This document shows positions 37,420 to 50,039 of a DNA stretch of 64,000 nucleotides, piece after piece; positions within the stretch are counted from its first letter, which is position 1, and every line of letters starts with the position of its first letter. Below the pieces are notes generated by a model. It was not told where the DNA came from, did no database searches, and worked only from the letters and a program-made list of their open reading frames with translations. The position numbers were made by a program, and so were the translations under genes. Location: contig CM059434.1 in NCBI GenBank assembly GCA_030390025.1, positions 106,454,001-106,518,000 of the forward strand, in the 5' to 3' direction. Source of the stretch: Squalus acanthias. Lineage: Eukaryota.

Positions 37420-37700
37420 GAAGCTTAACCCCATGCCTTTGAATGATGTTGACAAGGGGCAGCATGTAGATGAGGAAGTGTAGGGGCCAAGGATAGACCT
37501 CTGGGGGATTCCAGAGGTAACAGTGCAGGGGCAGAATGAAGAAGCCATTGCTGGAGCTGCTGTTACTATGAACGGATAGGTAAGATTGAAACCAAGTGCG
37601 GGCAGTCTCAATGAGCAGGACAACGAAGGCGAGACATTGGAGGATGGTGATGTGGTTGACCATGTGTCAATGGCTGCAGCGAGGTCGAGAAAGACGAGGC
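37420..37700 (-). mobile_element. L2 LINE RT fragment
   Basis: FLDLAAAIDT, WFQSYLS, SGIPQRSILGP, FLIYMLPLVNIIQRHG. Confidence 0.75.
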
Positions 37701-37997
37701 ATAATTTTTTTTCTCCAATTCCTTTCCCATTTCTCCTGACGGTACTGATTCTTCCTGGGCATGTCTCTAAAGGTACCTCGCCCAAGAAGACATTCTTCAT
37801 GTGTAAGTTGAAACATTTAATTTCAGTGTACTATTTAACGGTGGAAGCATCACAAGTGACCCCAAACGGGCCCATACATGTCCACAGCAGAAATCATTGG
37901 TAGTGGGAACTCTGGTAATTTCCCCCCCTCTCCAGCCGAGGGGCACTGAGGCCAACTGTAAAATCTCAACTGCTCTTTGAACTGAAATCAGCTACCC

Positions 37998-38095
37998 AAA
38001 ACCAGAAAATGCTGGAAACACCAGCAGGTCAGTCAGCAGCTGTAGAGATAACAGGGAAGTTAGTATTTCAAGTGTGGAACCCTCTTCAGAACTGA
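37998..38095 (-). mobile_element. Penelope-like remnant with degenerate hammerhead
   Basis: The - strand reads cagttCTGAAGAgggttccacacttGAAAtactaact, followed by gctgctgactgacctgctgg...ttccagcattttctgg. Confidence 0.55.
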
Positions 38096-38111
38096 ACTCA
38101 ACAAGAACCTA

Positions 38112-38431
38112 GAATCAAATCACAGAATCCCCACAGTGCAGATAGAGGCCATTTCGGCCCATCGAGCCTGCACCGACACATATCCCACCCTATCCCCGTA
38201 ACCCCACGTATTTAATCCCCCCTAACACTAAGGGTCAATTTATCATAGCCAAATCAACCTAACCCGCACATCTTTGGACTGTGGGAGAAAACCGGAGCAC
38301 CCGGAGGAAACCCACGCAGACATGGGGAGAATGTGCAAACTCCACACAGACAGTCACCCGAGGCCGGATTCGAACCCAGGTCCCTGGCGCTGTGAGGCAA
38401 CAGTGCTAACCACTATGCCACCGTGTTGCCC
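38112..38431 (-). mobile_element. Full-length HE1 V-SINE
   Basis: tRNA head with A box (tggcatagtgg) and B box (ggttcgaatcc), V-domain gtgtggagtttgcacattctccccatgtctgcgtgggtttcctccggg, and a CR1/HER1-type tail. Confidence 0.9.
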
Positions 38432-39329
38432 TTGGACTTTCTGAGATGAGCATCATAGTTCTATACCTGGTGGTATTTTTACCAACAAGGGAATCAGGGA
38501 AACTCTCAGAAATATAAGTAAACTATTACAAGAGACATACCAGTAGGAAAAAGAAACAGCAGATACAGATAGAAATTTAATTGTGGAATGAAAGGGTTTA
38601 CTATACCACAATAAAACACAAGAAAAGTTCAGCTTCATTTTTATAATCAGAAAATTCATGTCCAGAAATTAGTTAAAGAATAGATTGCAGTTTCTGTAAT
38701 AGTACCAGCACTCATCTAGAAGATTGATGCCAGTAACGGAGAATCTAGTTTTTCAATGCAGTATCAGTAACAAACAATCCTGGGTTCCATAGATTAAATA
38801 CAGATTAAAGCAGTAAAGCTTTCTCAGTTCTACCCTGACTATGTGATTTAACCCAAATATCAGTAGATCATCCTTAACTGCACCAGTTGAAGTTTTCCAT
38901 TTATTCTCTGGAAGGATGACAAATTTACATCAAAACTGTGAGCAGTTTGCATTGTGGACTCATGCCAACTAAGAACTGTGTTGAGAATGGCCAAAGTGAC
39001 GTTCCTCAAGAACCTTACAACTGCCAGACAGAAGAGAATTTCATCATATAGCTTTGAGCCGAATTTGAACATAAATCAGATGGTAAATGAACAGTGTGCT
39101 CAAAGCCACAATAACTACATGGGATAGCCAGAACACTTCCAATCAACATTTAGCAAGAAGTGACTTGCCATCTTCCTGCATCCCCACACTCCTTTTTCTA
39201 TTGAAAGTCCCTCTACTAGTTCTCTGCTTTCTTTTAAAGTCCCATCGTCCATTCTCTTTTAAAGCTCCGCTCCCCCCATTGTCTTTGGAAAGCTGCATTT
39301 GCTTTCATTTTTGAGCTCCAACGCTGTGA

Positions 39330-39600
39330 AGTAGAGTGAAAAGAAAACGGTTAAAGAGGCAAAACCAAGAACGAGGTCTGAAAGAGGAGAGAAAAAGGAA
39401 AAGTGAACGGTAAGAGAAAAAGAAGAAATGGGAAGGAGAGAGATAGAGTCAGACAAAAGTTAGGGAAGTGAGTGTCAAAATTGGAGAGAAAACATGTATG
39501 AGAAAAACAAGTAAATGAGTGAGAGCAAAACAATGAAGAGGAGGTGGGGCAGAGCGAGAAACTGAAGTGAAGGAGGAGAGTGAAAAACAGAAGAGACAGA
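39330..39600. repeat. Purine-rich (GA) low-complexity tract
   Basis: Nearly all A/G on the + strand, with no clear periodic unit. Confidence 0.6.
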
Positions 39601-39837
39601 TCTTTTTGCAGACTTACCACTCTCAGTATATTTATTTAGAGGGGTGCGAGAAGTTGAGAGCTTTTTAGTGAAAAAGTTTGTGGGCCACCAAATTGGGTAG
39701 TTTTGTTCAAATTTATTTCAAGAAGGGCAATTGGCTTCGGCAAACCTTAAATAAAGGCAGACCATGACTATCCGTGAGGCAGCGAGTGAGCATGGCATGC
39801 TTGTGGATGTGCCTCTTGTGTCCCAGCCATCATTTTA

Positions 39838-40455
39838 CATAGAATTACATAGAATGTACAGCACAGAAACAGGCCATTCAGCCCAACTGGTCTCTGCTGG
39901 CGTTTATGCTCCACACGAGCCTCCTCTCACCCCTCTTCATCGAACCCTATCAGCCTAACCTATTCCTTTCTCCCTCATGTGTTTAACTAGCTTTCCCTGA
40001 AATGCACCTATGCTATTCGTCTCAAATACTCCTTGTGATAGCGACTTCCACACTCTAACCACTCTCTGGATAAAGAAGAGTTCCCTATTGCATTTATTAG
40101 TGACTATCTTATACTTACAGCCCCTAGTTTTGGACTCCCCCACAAGTGGAAACATCTCTATGTCTACCCTATCAAACCCCTTCATAATTTTAAAGACCTC
40201 TATTAGGAAAGAGAAGGCTGAGGAGCGACCTAATAGTTATAACTTCTCAGATTATCCTTGTAAATCTTTTCTGCACCTTCTCCAGTGCCTCTATATCCTT
40301 TTTATAATATGGAGACCAGAACTGTGCACAGCACTCCGTGTGGACTAACCAAGATTCTATACAACTTTAACATAACTTCACTGCTTTTCAATTCTATCCA
40401 GTGCTTTGCTTTTTTGAAATGGCCTTATTAACCTGCAACGATATTTTTAGTGATT
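39838..40455 (-). mobile_element. CR1 3' fragment
   Basis: FPLVGESKTRG...FFIQRVVRVWKSL and tail (catagaat)n. Confidence 0.85.
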
Positions 40456-40910
40456 TAAAAAAAACTGATTGTACTTATGAATGTCCTAACCAACTGTGCC
40501 ATCCAATCCCAGCTCAAACTGATTTTGCCTTAAGAGCAGAAACTTAGGAATAATATGAACATTTCAATAGTGAAGGAAAGAGCAAGAAACAAAAGGTGAA
40601 GGAGAGTGAAAAAAATGAGGAGGGATTGACATATTTTGCAAATTTACCCCTACCAGCATCCTTAGCTTGAGGAATGTGAGAGGCTGAGACCATTTTGATG
40701 GGGCCTAGCTACAAAAGTTTGAGAACCATTGAATCAGATAGCTTTTTTCTGGCCTGCACATGACTCCGGTCCCACAATATGTGGTTGACTCCAAATACCC
40801 TCTGAAGTGGGGCCCGCCACCAGGGATGGGCAATACATGTGGTCGTGTCTGTGTCGTCCACAACCCGAAAACAAATTAAAAAAAAAAATCAGTGTTAGCA
40901 GTATGCTTAC

Positions 40911-41084
40911 ATTTCCATTCTTCAATAGTGCAGTCCATGTTATCAAAACTATCGTCATACGGCTTTGCCACGGTCTCTTCCTCAGGATCTCGGTACTGCT
41001 CGAAGTAGGAGTGAGCCAAAGCCTCTGCAGCAGTTATTCGTTTTTCAGCATCTAGTACAAGCATTTTTTCCAGAAGGTTGACAG
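40911..41084 (-). CDS. MAPK12: MAPK12 exon 11 (174 bp): [37 protein letters not shown]...EEWK
   Basis: AG/GT boundaries, kinase subdomain XI and CD domain, canonical p38 exon size. Confidence 0.95.
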
Positions 41085-42333
41085 CTGTTTTCAGAAAAAA
41101 CGTCAACAACATTAAGGTTATTAAACAAATGAAATTCTAAACTAGAAAGAATGACTGCGCGCACACATTACATAAACTAGTACTGTACAGTACCACATGC
41201 AACTTCAAGGTAGAAAAACGTACTAAGTTGCTTCACAGAGGTGTAAAGAACAAGATACACAGATAAATACTTATTATTAATCACAGAAAGGAGAAAGGAT
41301 GCAGCCACTGTCAGAATCAAGCATACCCAGCTTATGCCACTTAAGGCACACGTTAGATGTAAAGTATATTAATACAACATTGGTGCGATTCACCAGTTGA
41401 GTTGTCAAAACAAAAAAAAAGAGACACAGGCACAATTATCTGTTAGCAGCTTCTACTTCACACTGACAAATACTGGCAAAAATGCACAAACTCACCGGAT
41501 GGATTTAAATTTTAGTACTGCTGTTGTGAGGTGCAAATACCAGTACCAATGGCACTAAATTGGCTACCAGCCATCTGGGGAAAATCTAATTTCAGATTAG
41601 CGCCCTCACCTACAGCAGTCCTAACCCATTGGTTTGAGCTGGGGTTGGATGGCACAGTTGGCTAGTACACTCATAGGTGCAATCAGTAACAAAATGACGG
41701 TTGGGTTATCAAAGGCACGTCCATGAGCATGCCCACTCTGCCTCACTCACACACTCCCTTGGAGGGAGGTCAGGCAATCATTGATGAATTTAGGGCAGTT
41801 TTGTGCTGCGGGTTTGTGGTTTGAAGAAAAACATTGCAAGCATTTCACCTCCATTCAGTACCCCTCCAGACAGACCAGCTGTGGAATTTAGTGCACCAAT
41901 TCATCTGTTTACTATCACATCGCTGATTTATGCTGCTTTTACACTGGTTCAGATTCGAGGAGATCCTTGAGCCAGCACCTGGTATTTACACTACTAATTC
42001 AGGTTCCTTTATTCCAGTGGCAGAAGCGTAGACCCATAAAAAACTGAGTGTACATTTGTACCCTGTGTTAAGGGAGTTGGTTTTAGTAATGTAAACAAAG
42101 GAGTGGGTCATGGACATCAGTCTTCTGGAATCTGTCTAAAGAAATGGAAGTATAAAAGGGACTTTAGGCAAAGGTTGCTTCAACCTCCAATTGCCCATGT
42201 AACCAGGGTACAAAAGTCCTAAATTACCATATCTGAATAACATTTCATTGCTACACTGATTGAAGGATTAATTTGTTAAAATCCACCTAACTCCTTCACT
42301 AAAACTTATCAACTTATAAAAAGTGTTTCTTAC

Positions 42334-42412
42334 CCACTTGATTTGCATTTGCAAACAGGGCCTTAAAGTCTTTTTTCTGGACTCTTGGTAAACTTTTGAT
42401 GTAATTTTTAGC
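42334..42412 (-). CDS. MAPK12: MAPK12 exon 10 (79 bp): AKNYIKSLPRVQKKDFKALFANANQV
   Basis: cag|GCT ... G|gtaag boundaries, in phase with its neighbours. Confidence 0.93.
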
Positions 42413-43065
42413 CTGTAGGGAACAAAAGTATAACATCATTGTTGAGGTTTTGTTTAACACAGATTGTTACTGGTAGCACACGAGCATTTAATACCATTAA
42501 CTAATGACGCCCCAAACATTTAGTTTCGATAATTCAGCATGTTCCAAGATCTATATAAACACCTGATGCCATTTTTTTCAGGATTAAGCCAATGTAATTT
42601 TATAACAAAATTTTAAAAATCCAAAATATTGGGAAATGTAATAAGAGCAATTTGACACAGCTTGTGATTTTAGCCCTGTTTATATCAATGTTTCACTGTT
42701 TTAATGTTTCTCCTGTAAGTAGTAAGCTGTTAAATTGCTAAAATACGTGCTTATACATTTTGAAAATTGGGAATATCATTAGGCCCTTAAAAATACTATT
42801 GCGATTTCAATTAATAGCATTCCTTTTGTTAAAACTTTCACATCTCTTTACTATTTCTATTAAAGTCAAATCAACAATACTCACTACGTTATGAAGTCCC
42901 TAAAAATGAAGCCATGATTCAAATCTGTTCAATTCTGAAATTAGAATGGGGATTTATTGGTTTTCAGTCCCTTGAAGCTAGCTTCAAGCTACACTTGAAG
43001 TCTCCGCTTCACTAATGTGAAAGTCCCAAAATGCATATGACACATGTTTGGTGCTGGCCAGTATA

Positions 43066-43225
43066 AAAAGACCTTGCATTTATGTAGCATCTTGCACAAC
43101 CCCAGGATATCCCAAAGTGCTTCACAGACAATTAAGTACTTTTAAAGTGGAGTCACTGTTGTAATGTAGGAAACACGACAGCCTATTTGTGAACAGCAAG
43201 CTCCCACAAACAGCAATGAGATAAT
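43066..43225 (-). mobile_element. Deu-SINE 3' part
   Basis: Reverse complement of attgctgtttgtgggagcttgctg...ttacaacagtgac...aaatgcaagg. Confidence 0.7.
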
Positions 43226-44651
43226 GGCCCAAAAATTCGTGAGGAAGCCTTCGTGCGAGGGTAAGGCCTCCCCGCGATCTCTCACTCCGCGTTGGCTTTT
43301 TCAGTTCCAGCTCGCACGAACTTGATGTTCTGGACAGCTGCTGTGCTGGGCTTGCGTATCCCACCGGCGTAGTTAATTCGTGCGAGCTGTGGGATCACGT
43401 GACTCAGTTAGAGCCAATGGCAGCACACCATCTTCCATTCATAACTTTCACATAAGTGCTGTGAAAGTTATGAATACTATAGCCCCCCAAAAGAACCGCT
43501 AAACCTCAATTAAATTTAAAAAAAAAACCATCACATTAATAAAATAAGTATAGTTAAATAAATTAACCATTTTAAATAAAAAATAAAATTTTTGAAAAAA
43601 TTTAAAATCTTTTAAAAAGTTATAAAAATAAACTTACCTGTCTTTAAAGTCTCTAAAAAAGATATACCTGTTAAAAAAAATTCAAAATAATACTTAATTC
43701 ACTGCTTACCTTGTTAAAAGTGGGTCTTACTCCTCCTTTTTTTATGTGTAGAATCTTCCGTACTTACCTGCGCGTTGAAACCACTAAGTGCACAGCGTGC
43801 GCGCAGCCTGTAGCGCGCACGCGGTTCACCTAGGACCCGCCCCCTTTTCCATTTTGCTGGCGCTCAGGGGGCGGGTTTGGAGGCGGGACCGGTGGCAAAA
43901 TGGGAGCAGGTCCCGAACCCGCTCCCAACCCGCCTCCAAACGATCTTCCCGGGAGGCGGGCCCCCAACTTGCGCAGGGACCCGTCTCCTAGCGGTGGGCA
44001 GTTAAGAGGCTTTTTCCCCATTTTGCACCTATTGCTGCAGGCTTCCTGACGTCGGGAAACCCCGCCAGGGTGAGTGAGGCGAGCTGTGGGTCAGTTGTAC
44101 TGCAACTGTAGAAATGACAGCTGCAGAGGTAGTGTGAAGGCTGCAATGGGACACTGGTAAGTATGACAGGTGAGAGAATTTTGGGGAATTTTTTTTTACT
44201 GTGGTTTGATGCTTCTGCAGGTGACAAGCTGTGATGTGTTTGTGCAGCCTCATCTCGGGAGAAGTGACAGATGGCATCTGCAATCTCACATGCAGCTGCC
44301 ATCTGTTTCATCCTAAGGAGAGAGTCATTGGAGAGCCTGGGTTCAAGGGCTCACCTTTGGACAGTGATTGTCAGTGTTTGACAGCACCTCAATGCTGTCA
44401 AACACTGACAATTCATCTCTCAAAAAATTATGGTGCCTCTCACTTTAACAAAACCGGCAGATGAAGCGTCATGCACTGACGTCATCTGACACCGGCTTTC
44501 CCTTAATTGGTCGGCAAGCCCGCAGGGCAGGCTTAACAAGGCCAATCAGAGGAAAATAGCGTCTGTTCGTCAGACGTCGCTGGGGGCGGGACTGAAACCC
44601 AAAAACCAGCAGTCCCGCCTCGACCTCCGGATCCAAGGTAAAATCCAGCCC
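43226..44651. mobile_element. Adjacent or nested Harbinger-like non-autonomous elements
   Basis: Left end GGCCCAAAAATTCG resembles the 11889 family. The right part is an inverted homolog of 19769-20620 ending AAAATCCAGCCC, with an eroded Harbinger-like peptide (CLCSLISGEVTDGICNL). Confidence 0.6.
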
Positions 44652-45829
44652 CTAATTGTTAATGTTGTTAATGTCTTCTCTGGTTAAAAACAATTTCAAA
44701 GAAGTAATCATTTAGTATATTAAATCTGACTTTTCATCCTCATTTTCAATTCCATATACGTCCCTTAGGGTTTTGACTTTCTACCCTCCCTATTACAGTT
44801 TTGGAGAATTATTAGTCAATAAACTAAGCATATCTGAATCATGACTACTGTTTAGTACCACATAATTTTGTGAGCAGTGTTCACTTTTACAATATAAATT
44901 GAGGGAAATGCAGCTTTAAGAGCAAGTCTATTGATGTTGCCATATTTAAAATGTAATATTTAAATCAGTGGCATCACTAAAAATATCAATTTCCAGACTG
45001 TAGCACTTTTTATTGCTTAGCTTCCTGAAATAAATGCAAGATATAAGTATATTGATTCAGCCTCAGTAAAAAATAGATCCGTTAGAAGCTCAGCTCTTAT
45101 GTAGTCCTGATTTGGCAGGTAACATGGATCTGTTGCTATGGTAACCCATCTCTGGAACTGAACCCTTTTCTTGCTGCAGAAGGAAAACAGCATTAAATCT
45201 AATTAGCAGGCTCATAGAAAGAGCATCGTGACGCAAACCAGCCAAATGGGAAATATATAATTAACCAATAATTGCACATGTAATCAGATGTCAAACAATC
45301 TGCATCTTAAAAATGATTCAGTGCCACATTTTGCTTTTTGATATAGCTAGAAGAGTATATCACCAACTACAATTGCTAAAGTAACAGAACAATTTGTGTA
45401 GGAAAATGTGTAAACAACCATTAACTCATTACCATTTAAGCATACTTTGGAGTGATTGTCACTGATATCTGAAAGCTCATTTGTAGAAAAGGGATCATAA
45501 GGCTGGAAAATGGAGTTGAGGTGCAGAACAGCCATGATCTAATTGCAGGCTCGAGGGGCTGAATGGCCTACTCATGATCCTAATGTTCCTAAGAGTATTT
45601 CTAGAACTGCTTTTTGTCATTTCGATGTATATATGACATTTAAATCAATGCTGGCTTAGTTTAGACTGGGCAATGTACTGGGCAGCAGAGGTCTATGGAA
45701 TAAACAGTGCATTATGCTGAGAACGATCAAAAGGACAGCATTAGTCTAAAATCATAATAAAGAAACCACTAAAGAGTTAAAAAGTTCCATTTGTTACTTC
45801 TTTTTGTAGGTTTTAAATGTTCTGCTTAC

Positions 45830-45909
45830 CTCTTGACTTTGCAACTTCTGAACAAAGTCTTGGGCCGGTGTACCTGTTATTTTCATGATTTCTGTCAGTT
45901 GATCTAGAT
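45830..45909 (-). CDS. MAPK12: MAPK12 exon 9 (80 bp): (H)LDQLTEIMKITGTPAQDFVQKLQSQE
   Basis: Preceded by a U12 branch-point-like TTCTTGAC and tag; donor GAG|gtaag. Confidence 0.95.
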
Positions 45910-48900
45910 CTATAAACTACGAGTCAAGAATCATGTTCCATGAACCATTTAGCAGCAGGGCAAATACCCTGATGCGCAATTAAGTTAATTAGGTTCTGTA
46001 ACCCTGTGTGAGTCTGCTGAGTGCCACACATCAATCAAATATCCAAGGTATTATCACCTGTAAAAAGCAGACACACACAATTGGGAGAACAATGAAGAGC
46101 CATTTAGAACAAGAATGTAGGACAGAGTTAACGATGCTTCTTAATTAAAACCACTATTTAATATGCACCCAGTTCTTGACCCTTTGCAAGCCACCCATCA
46201 ACATATGTCCGCAAAATCAGGGGATCGAGTTTCCGCTTTGGGTGCAATCGGGAAATTGCACTGGTTAGGTTACAGTTCAAGTTGCCGCTAAAATTCATTT
46301 GCATAATCACAAACGTAAAACTTCCGTGAACCAGCACAATCGGTCAGTGTAATAGAACGTAATTTTTTTTGCATTAAAAAATATTGATTGATGTATTTAA
46401 TAGTGGTAACCTGGTGCAGTTTTATTAATTCAGCTGAAAATGGGTTTATCACAAAAAAATCCGCATTTTTAATAAGAGCGTCTAGTCCACCACCTGTGAG
46501 TAACCTGATTTTAAATCATTGAAAATGACCTGGGAATCCCTGGCCCAAGACCGCACAAAGTGGAGGAGAAGCACCTCGAACACCTCGAGTCTCTTCGCCG
46601 GGAGCAAGCGGAAGCCAAGCACAAACAGCGGAAGGAGCGCACGTCAACCCAAACACCCCACCCACCCGCCCCTTCAACCACTGTCTGCCCCACCTGTGAC
46701 AGAGACTGTAGGTCCCGCATTGGACTCATCAGTCACCTGAGAACTCATTCTTAGTGTGAAAGCAAGTCATGCTCAGTTCTGAGGGACTGCCTAAGAAGAA
46801 GAAGATTCCTAAAGCAAGCGATTATTAACTGCATTTGAATTTCTGCATTGAAAGGATAGGGTTGCCGATGATGCCACCAGGCCAGGGGCGGATTAACACA
46901 CGGGCCTGATGCCCAGTGATCTCCTGGACACTGCTGCGAGTGAGCAACCCGGGAGAAAAATCAGGAATTAGAGTTCGTGTATCGAGTCTGGGGTTCGCTA
47001 GCACCTCCTGGGAAAGAAATTCTCGTGGGAGGCGTGACTACTTCTGGCACAAGTCCTTCCCACTCCCAGTCTCATGAAAACTGCTGCTGTGCTACAGTAA
47101 TCTGAATTTATTCTTTTTACTCCTTGTCCTCCTGCCTTCCCTGTTACTTTGCAGGTAAGTAACTCCTGTTGTGAAGTAAAAGTGAACATAACTTTACTCA
47201 GTGTTTTGTAGGACACAATTTGCTGTTATGTACGTGTGCTGACTGGTAACAGGTTAAACTGAGAATGTTGATATTCAGATTAAACTCTACGGCAGGGGAT
47301 AATGTAAAGTAGCAAACCATCAATTCTAAATACACAAGATGTCTCTCTGAGGCTCATCTCAAGACTGGGTAACATTCTCCCGTAGTGCTCAGGGCGAGAA
47401 GTACTGTCAATCAACAAAGGGTACAGCTTATTCCCTGACATTTTGGTTAACTGAACCCCATCCTTTCACCCTGATCTTTTCTCCAGAACTATAGCAAGGT
47501 GATCCTTGTACCTCCTTCCCTAGTTGCTAGGGGATTGACGCCACGCTCTGTTGTGCCTCGAATACACAAATAAACCCTGTGTGATTATGGATTCCTCCAG
47601 CAACCAACATTTTCAAGTTATTTTGTGTGTTTGTAATTTTTCATATTTTGTTACACATATTTAGGAGGTATTGCGCAGGGGGGGGGGGGGGGTGGGTGCA
47701 GAGAGGAGGTCCCCGAGGAGGCGCCCAGGGCCCCAAGAATTCTTAATCCGACTCTGGATGCCGCTGTATGGAAGAGGGAACCACAGGCAGTAGAAGCACA
47801 GTGCGAAGTTTTGCACTCTTTTTGGAATGATACAGAATATTGAGGTGCAGCTGCAGCAGTTTCTCGGTTCCTGCCACAAACATGGAGTCTGGTTCAAGTG
47901 TAAATTTTGATGTTGCTGCTCCATCCATCGGGGGGGTGGGGGGGCGCGGTCAATTTCCACGGAGGTTCTCTTCATCTGTCCTAATATCAGCAGAGGAGCA
48001 GTGGAAATGTGAAACCCCATTTTCTTGGGGTTTCTACGGGTCTTCCAAGGAAGTTACGGCAGACGTGCGGAAGAACGCTGATTAAAATTCACTCCAATAT
48101 AGAGTTTAAAGGAACGACAGACTGGCCACACCTCTCGGATACTGGCGAGGGTGCAGTTTGGTATCAAGGCAAATGTTTAAAACTAAACCGAGTTCGCAAT
48201 TCTTATGTGATAGAGGTACGCAACACTGTGGGCCACTTATAGAAATTTCATAGAATCATAGAAATTTACGGCACAGAAGGAGGCCATTCGGACTTGATTT
48301 TCTCAGTGCTGAAAATAATATACTCCTCGGCCACCCACTGTAAACTGCAGGCTGCTGTAGGACTCGAAACTCTAATTTTCTAGTTACATTACTCATCTGT
48401 GTAAGGTTTTTTTATTAAACCGGAAGCTGCTGCCAATGAACAGAAAGCTGCGCAGAAGCCTTCTGACTATAAATCTGTGGAGCGCCGGGTTGGTTTAAGT
48501 ATTAATGTATAACAATATCGCGGTGGGGGGGGGGGGTGGGAATTATGTGTTTGGAGCGCGAGCTCTGTGTGAAGGGAAATGAGAAGAAAAATAATAAAAA
48601 TGTCCGTTTGCTGAGTTTTGCTGGTGCAGGAGCCCCCTTGGTCATTGACTCTCTCATTCCCAGAGAAGATGAAGAGCTCTCTCTCTCGCTCTCACCTTGC
48701 ATCTAAAGCACAATTAAAATAAAACTGATTCACTAGTGTCAATAAAAGCTAGCTTGATGTATTCAGTCAATTGTTGGAAGTGTTTTCTTTGTGATGCCGA
48801 CAGACAATATTTTCTTTTCAGTTAGCAAACAACCAAAAAAAAGTTCTGGAACTGCGCGTGCGCACAACTACTTCATTTTGTTGGCAGCAGGCGCGGTCTT

Positions 48901-48998
48901 TTATTAATTACCTAAATGCCCCAGCTATTTACTGAGATACATTTAGCCATCTATTAGTAATTAGCAGGGAGAGTATCTGTCATAGTTACGAAGGATAC
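45910..48998 (-). other. MAPK12: U12-type (minor spliceosome) GT-AG intron of MAPK12
   Basis: 5' splice site GTATCCTT (48991-48998); branch site TTCTTGAC (45923-45930) 13 nt upstream of the exon; weak polypyrimidine tract. Confidence 0.9.
46520..46805 (+). mobile_element. RTE-clade LINE 3' fragment
   Basis: TWESLAQDRTKWR, C2H2 finger CPTCDRDCRSRIGLISHLRTH, short UTR and (AAG)n tail. Confidence 0.8.
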
Positions 48999-49070
48999 GA
49001 TCGATGCCTTTAAAAAGAGGCCGGGTTGTAATCATCTCCGCCATGATGCAGCCAACAGACCAAATATCAA
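48999..49070 (-). CDS. MAPK12: MAPK12 exon 8 (72 bp): (V)DIWSVGCIMAEMITTRPLFKGID
   Basis: Kinase subdomain IX DIWSVGC; cag acceptor; U12 donor. Confidence 0.95.
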
Positions 49071-49924
49071 CTGCAAATATACAAATTATACAATTATACA
49101 TTGACGGGGCGAACTTGCTTTCATATAATCAACAGTTTGCAATACTGGAAACAAAACTTTTTATGCGAAAATGTAGACATTAGCTTAATGATTTAGGAGC
49201 GTAATAAGTACATGGGGCCTCAACATGCAGGCCTGTGTTTGCTTATCCAGCAGCTGTCATGACGTTTTAATGTGCCAATCCTCCATCCTCTCCCACACTT
49301 TGTGCCTGCACAGAAAGCGAGAGGCTGGCTGCTTGGGGACAAGGTCTATCCCTGCACACTTGGCTCACAACTCTTTTCAGGAACCCTGCTGGATTTTCTG
49401 CCCCTGCCAATTGGTGAGCTGCCCACAGAGAGCATGATTAGTGTTGGCAGCTCGACCATTACTTTAAGTTAGGCCCGGCCACAAAAATTGGCACAGGCCC
49501 CCTGTCGATCCCTTCGGGCAGGTGCAGCACACAGACTCCACGCTTTATGCCGCCCCCCCCCCCCCCTCCAATTCATCTAATGTGCTCTCTTTAAAGCATG
49601 TTTTTTTGTACAATACTTGAGAGGTCTGCTGGTACAGAAAATGCAAGTTACTTGTTGCTTATGGCATTTTATTCAAAAATGTGTGAGCTTCCGATAATGG
49701 CAGACAAAATTCAGAATCTAAACACTGTCGTTTGAAACACTGAGCATTCTTTGCACATGCTTCAGGTTAATCTATGACCTCTCAGTTTCACACACAAGTG
49801 GAACACGAATAAAACTGTAAAATAAACCAGAGAATTGTTTTATGTCTGTAGTGCTGGGGAAAAAAAAGGAAAATGTAGTGATTCCTCATCTCTGTCAAAT
49901 ATACCGTAGAGGGTATAAGATTAC

Positions 49925-50039
49925 CTGTCTGAGTATAATGCATCCAGTTAAGTATAACCTCTGGGGCACGGTACCATCTGGTAACTACATAACCAGTCAT
50001 TTCCTGATCTGCATGTCTTGCTAACCCAAAATCCAGAAT
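49925..50039 (-). CDS. MAPK12: MAPK12 exon 7 (115 bp): [38 protein letters not shown]
   Basis: DFG, TGY dual-phosphorylation loop and APE motifs. VVTRWY/VILNWM is p38-gamma/delta type. Confidence 0.97.

Noticed and set aside
38360-38431. tRNA-like sequence with A and B boxes
   Set aside because: It is the head of an HE1 SINE, not a tRNA gene.
48696-48702. 7-nt microexon-like signal (tttag|ATGCAAG|gtgaga) on the - strand
   Set aside because: It would frameshift MAPK12, and it has U2-type sites within a U12 intron; probably chance.
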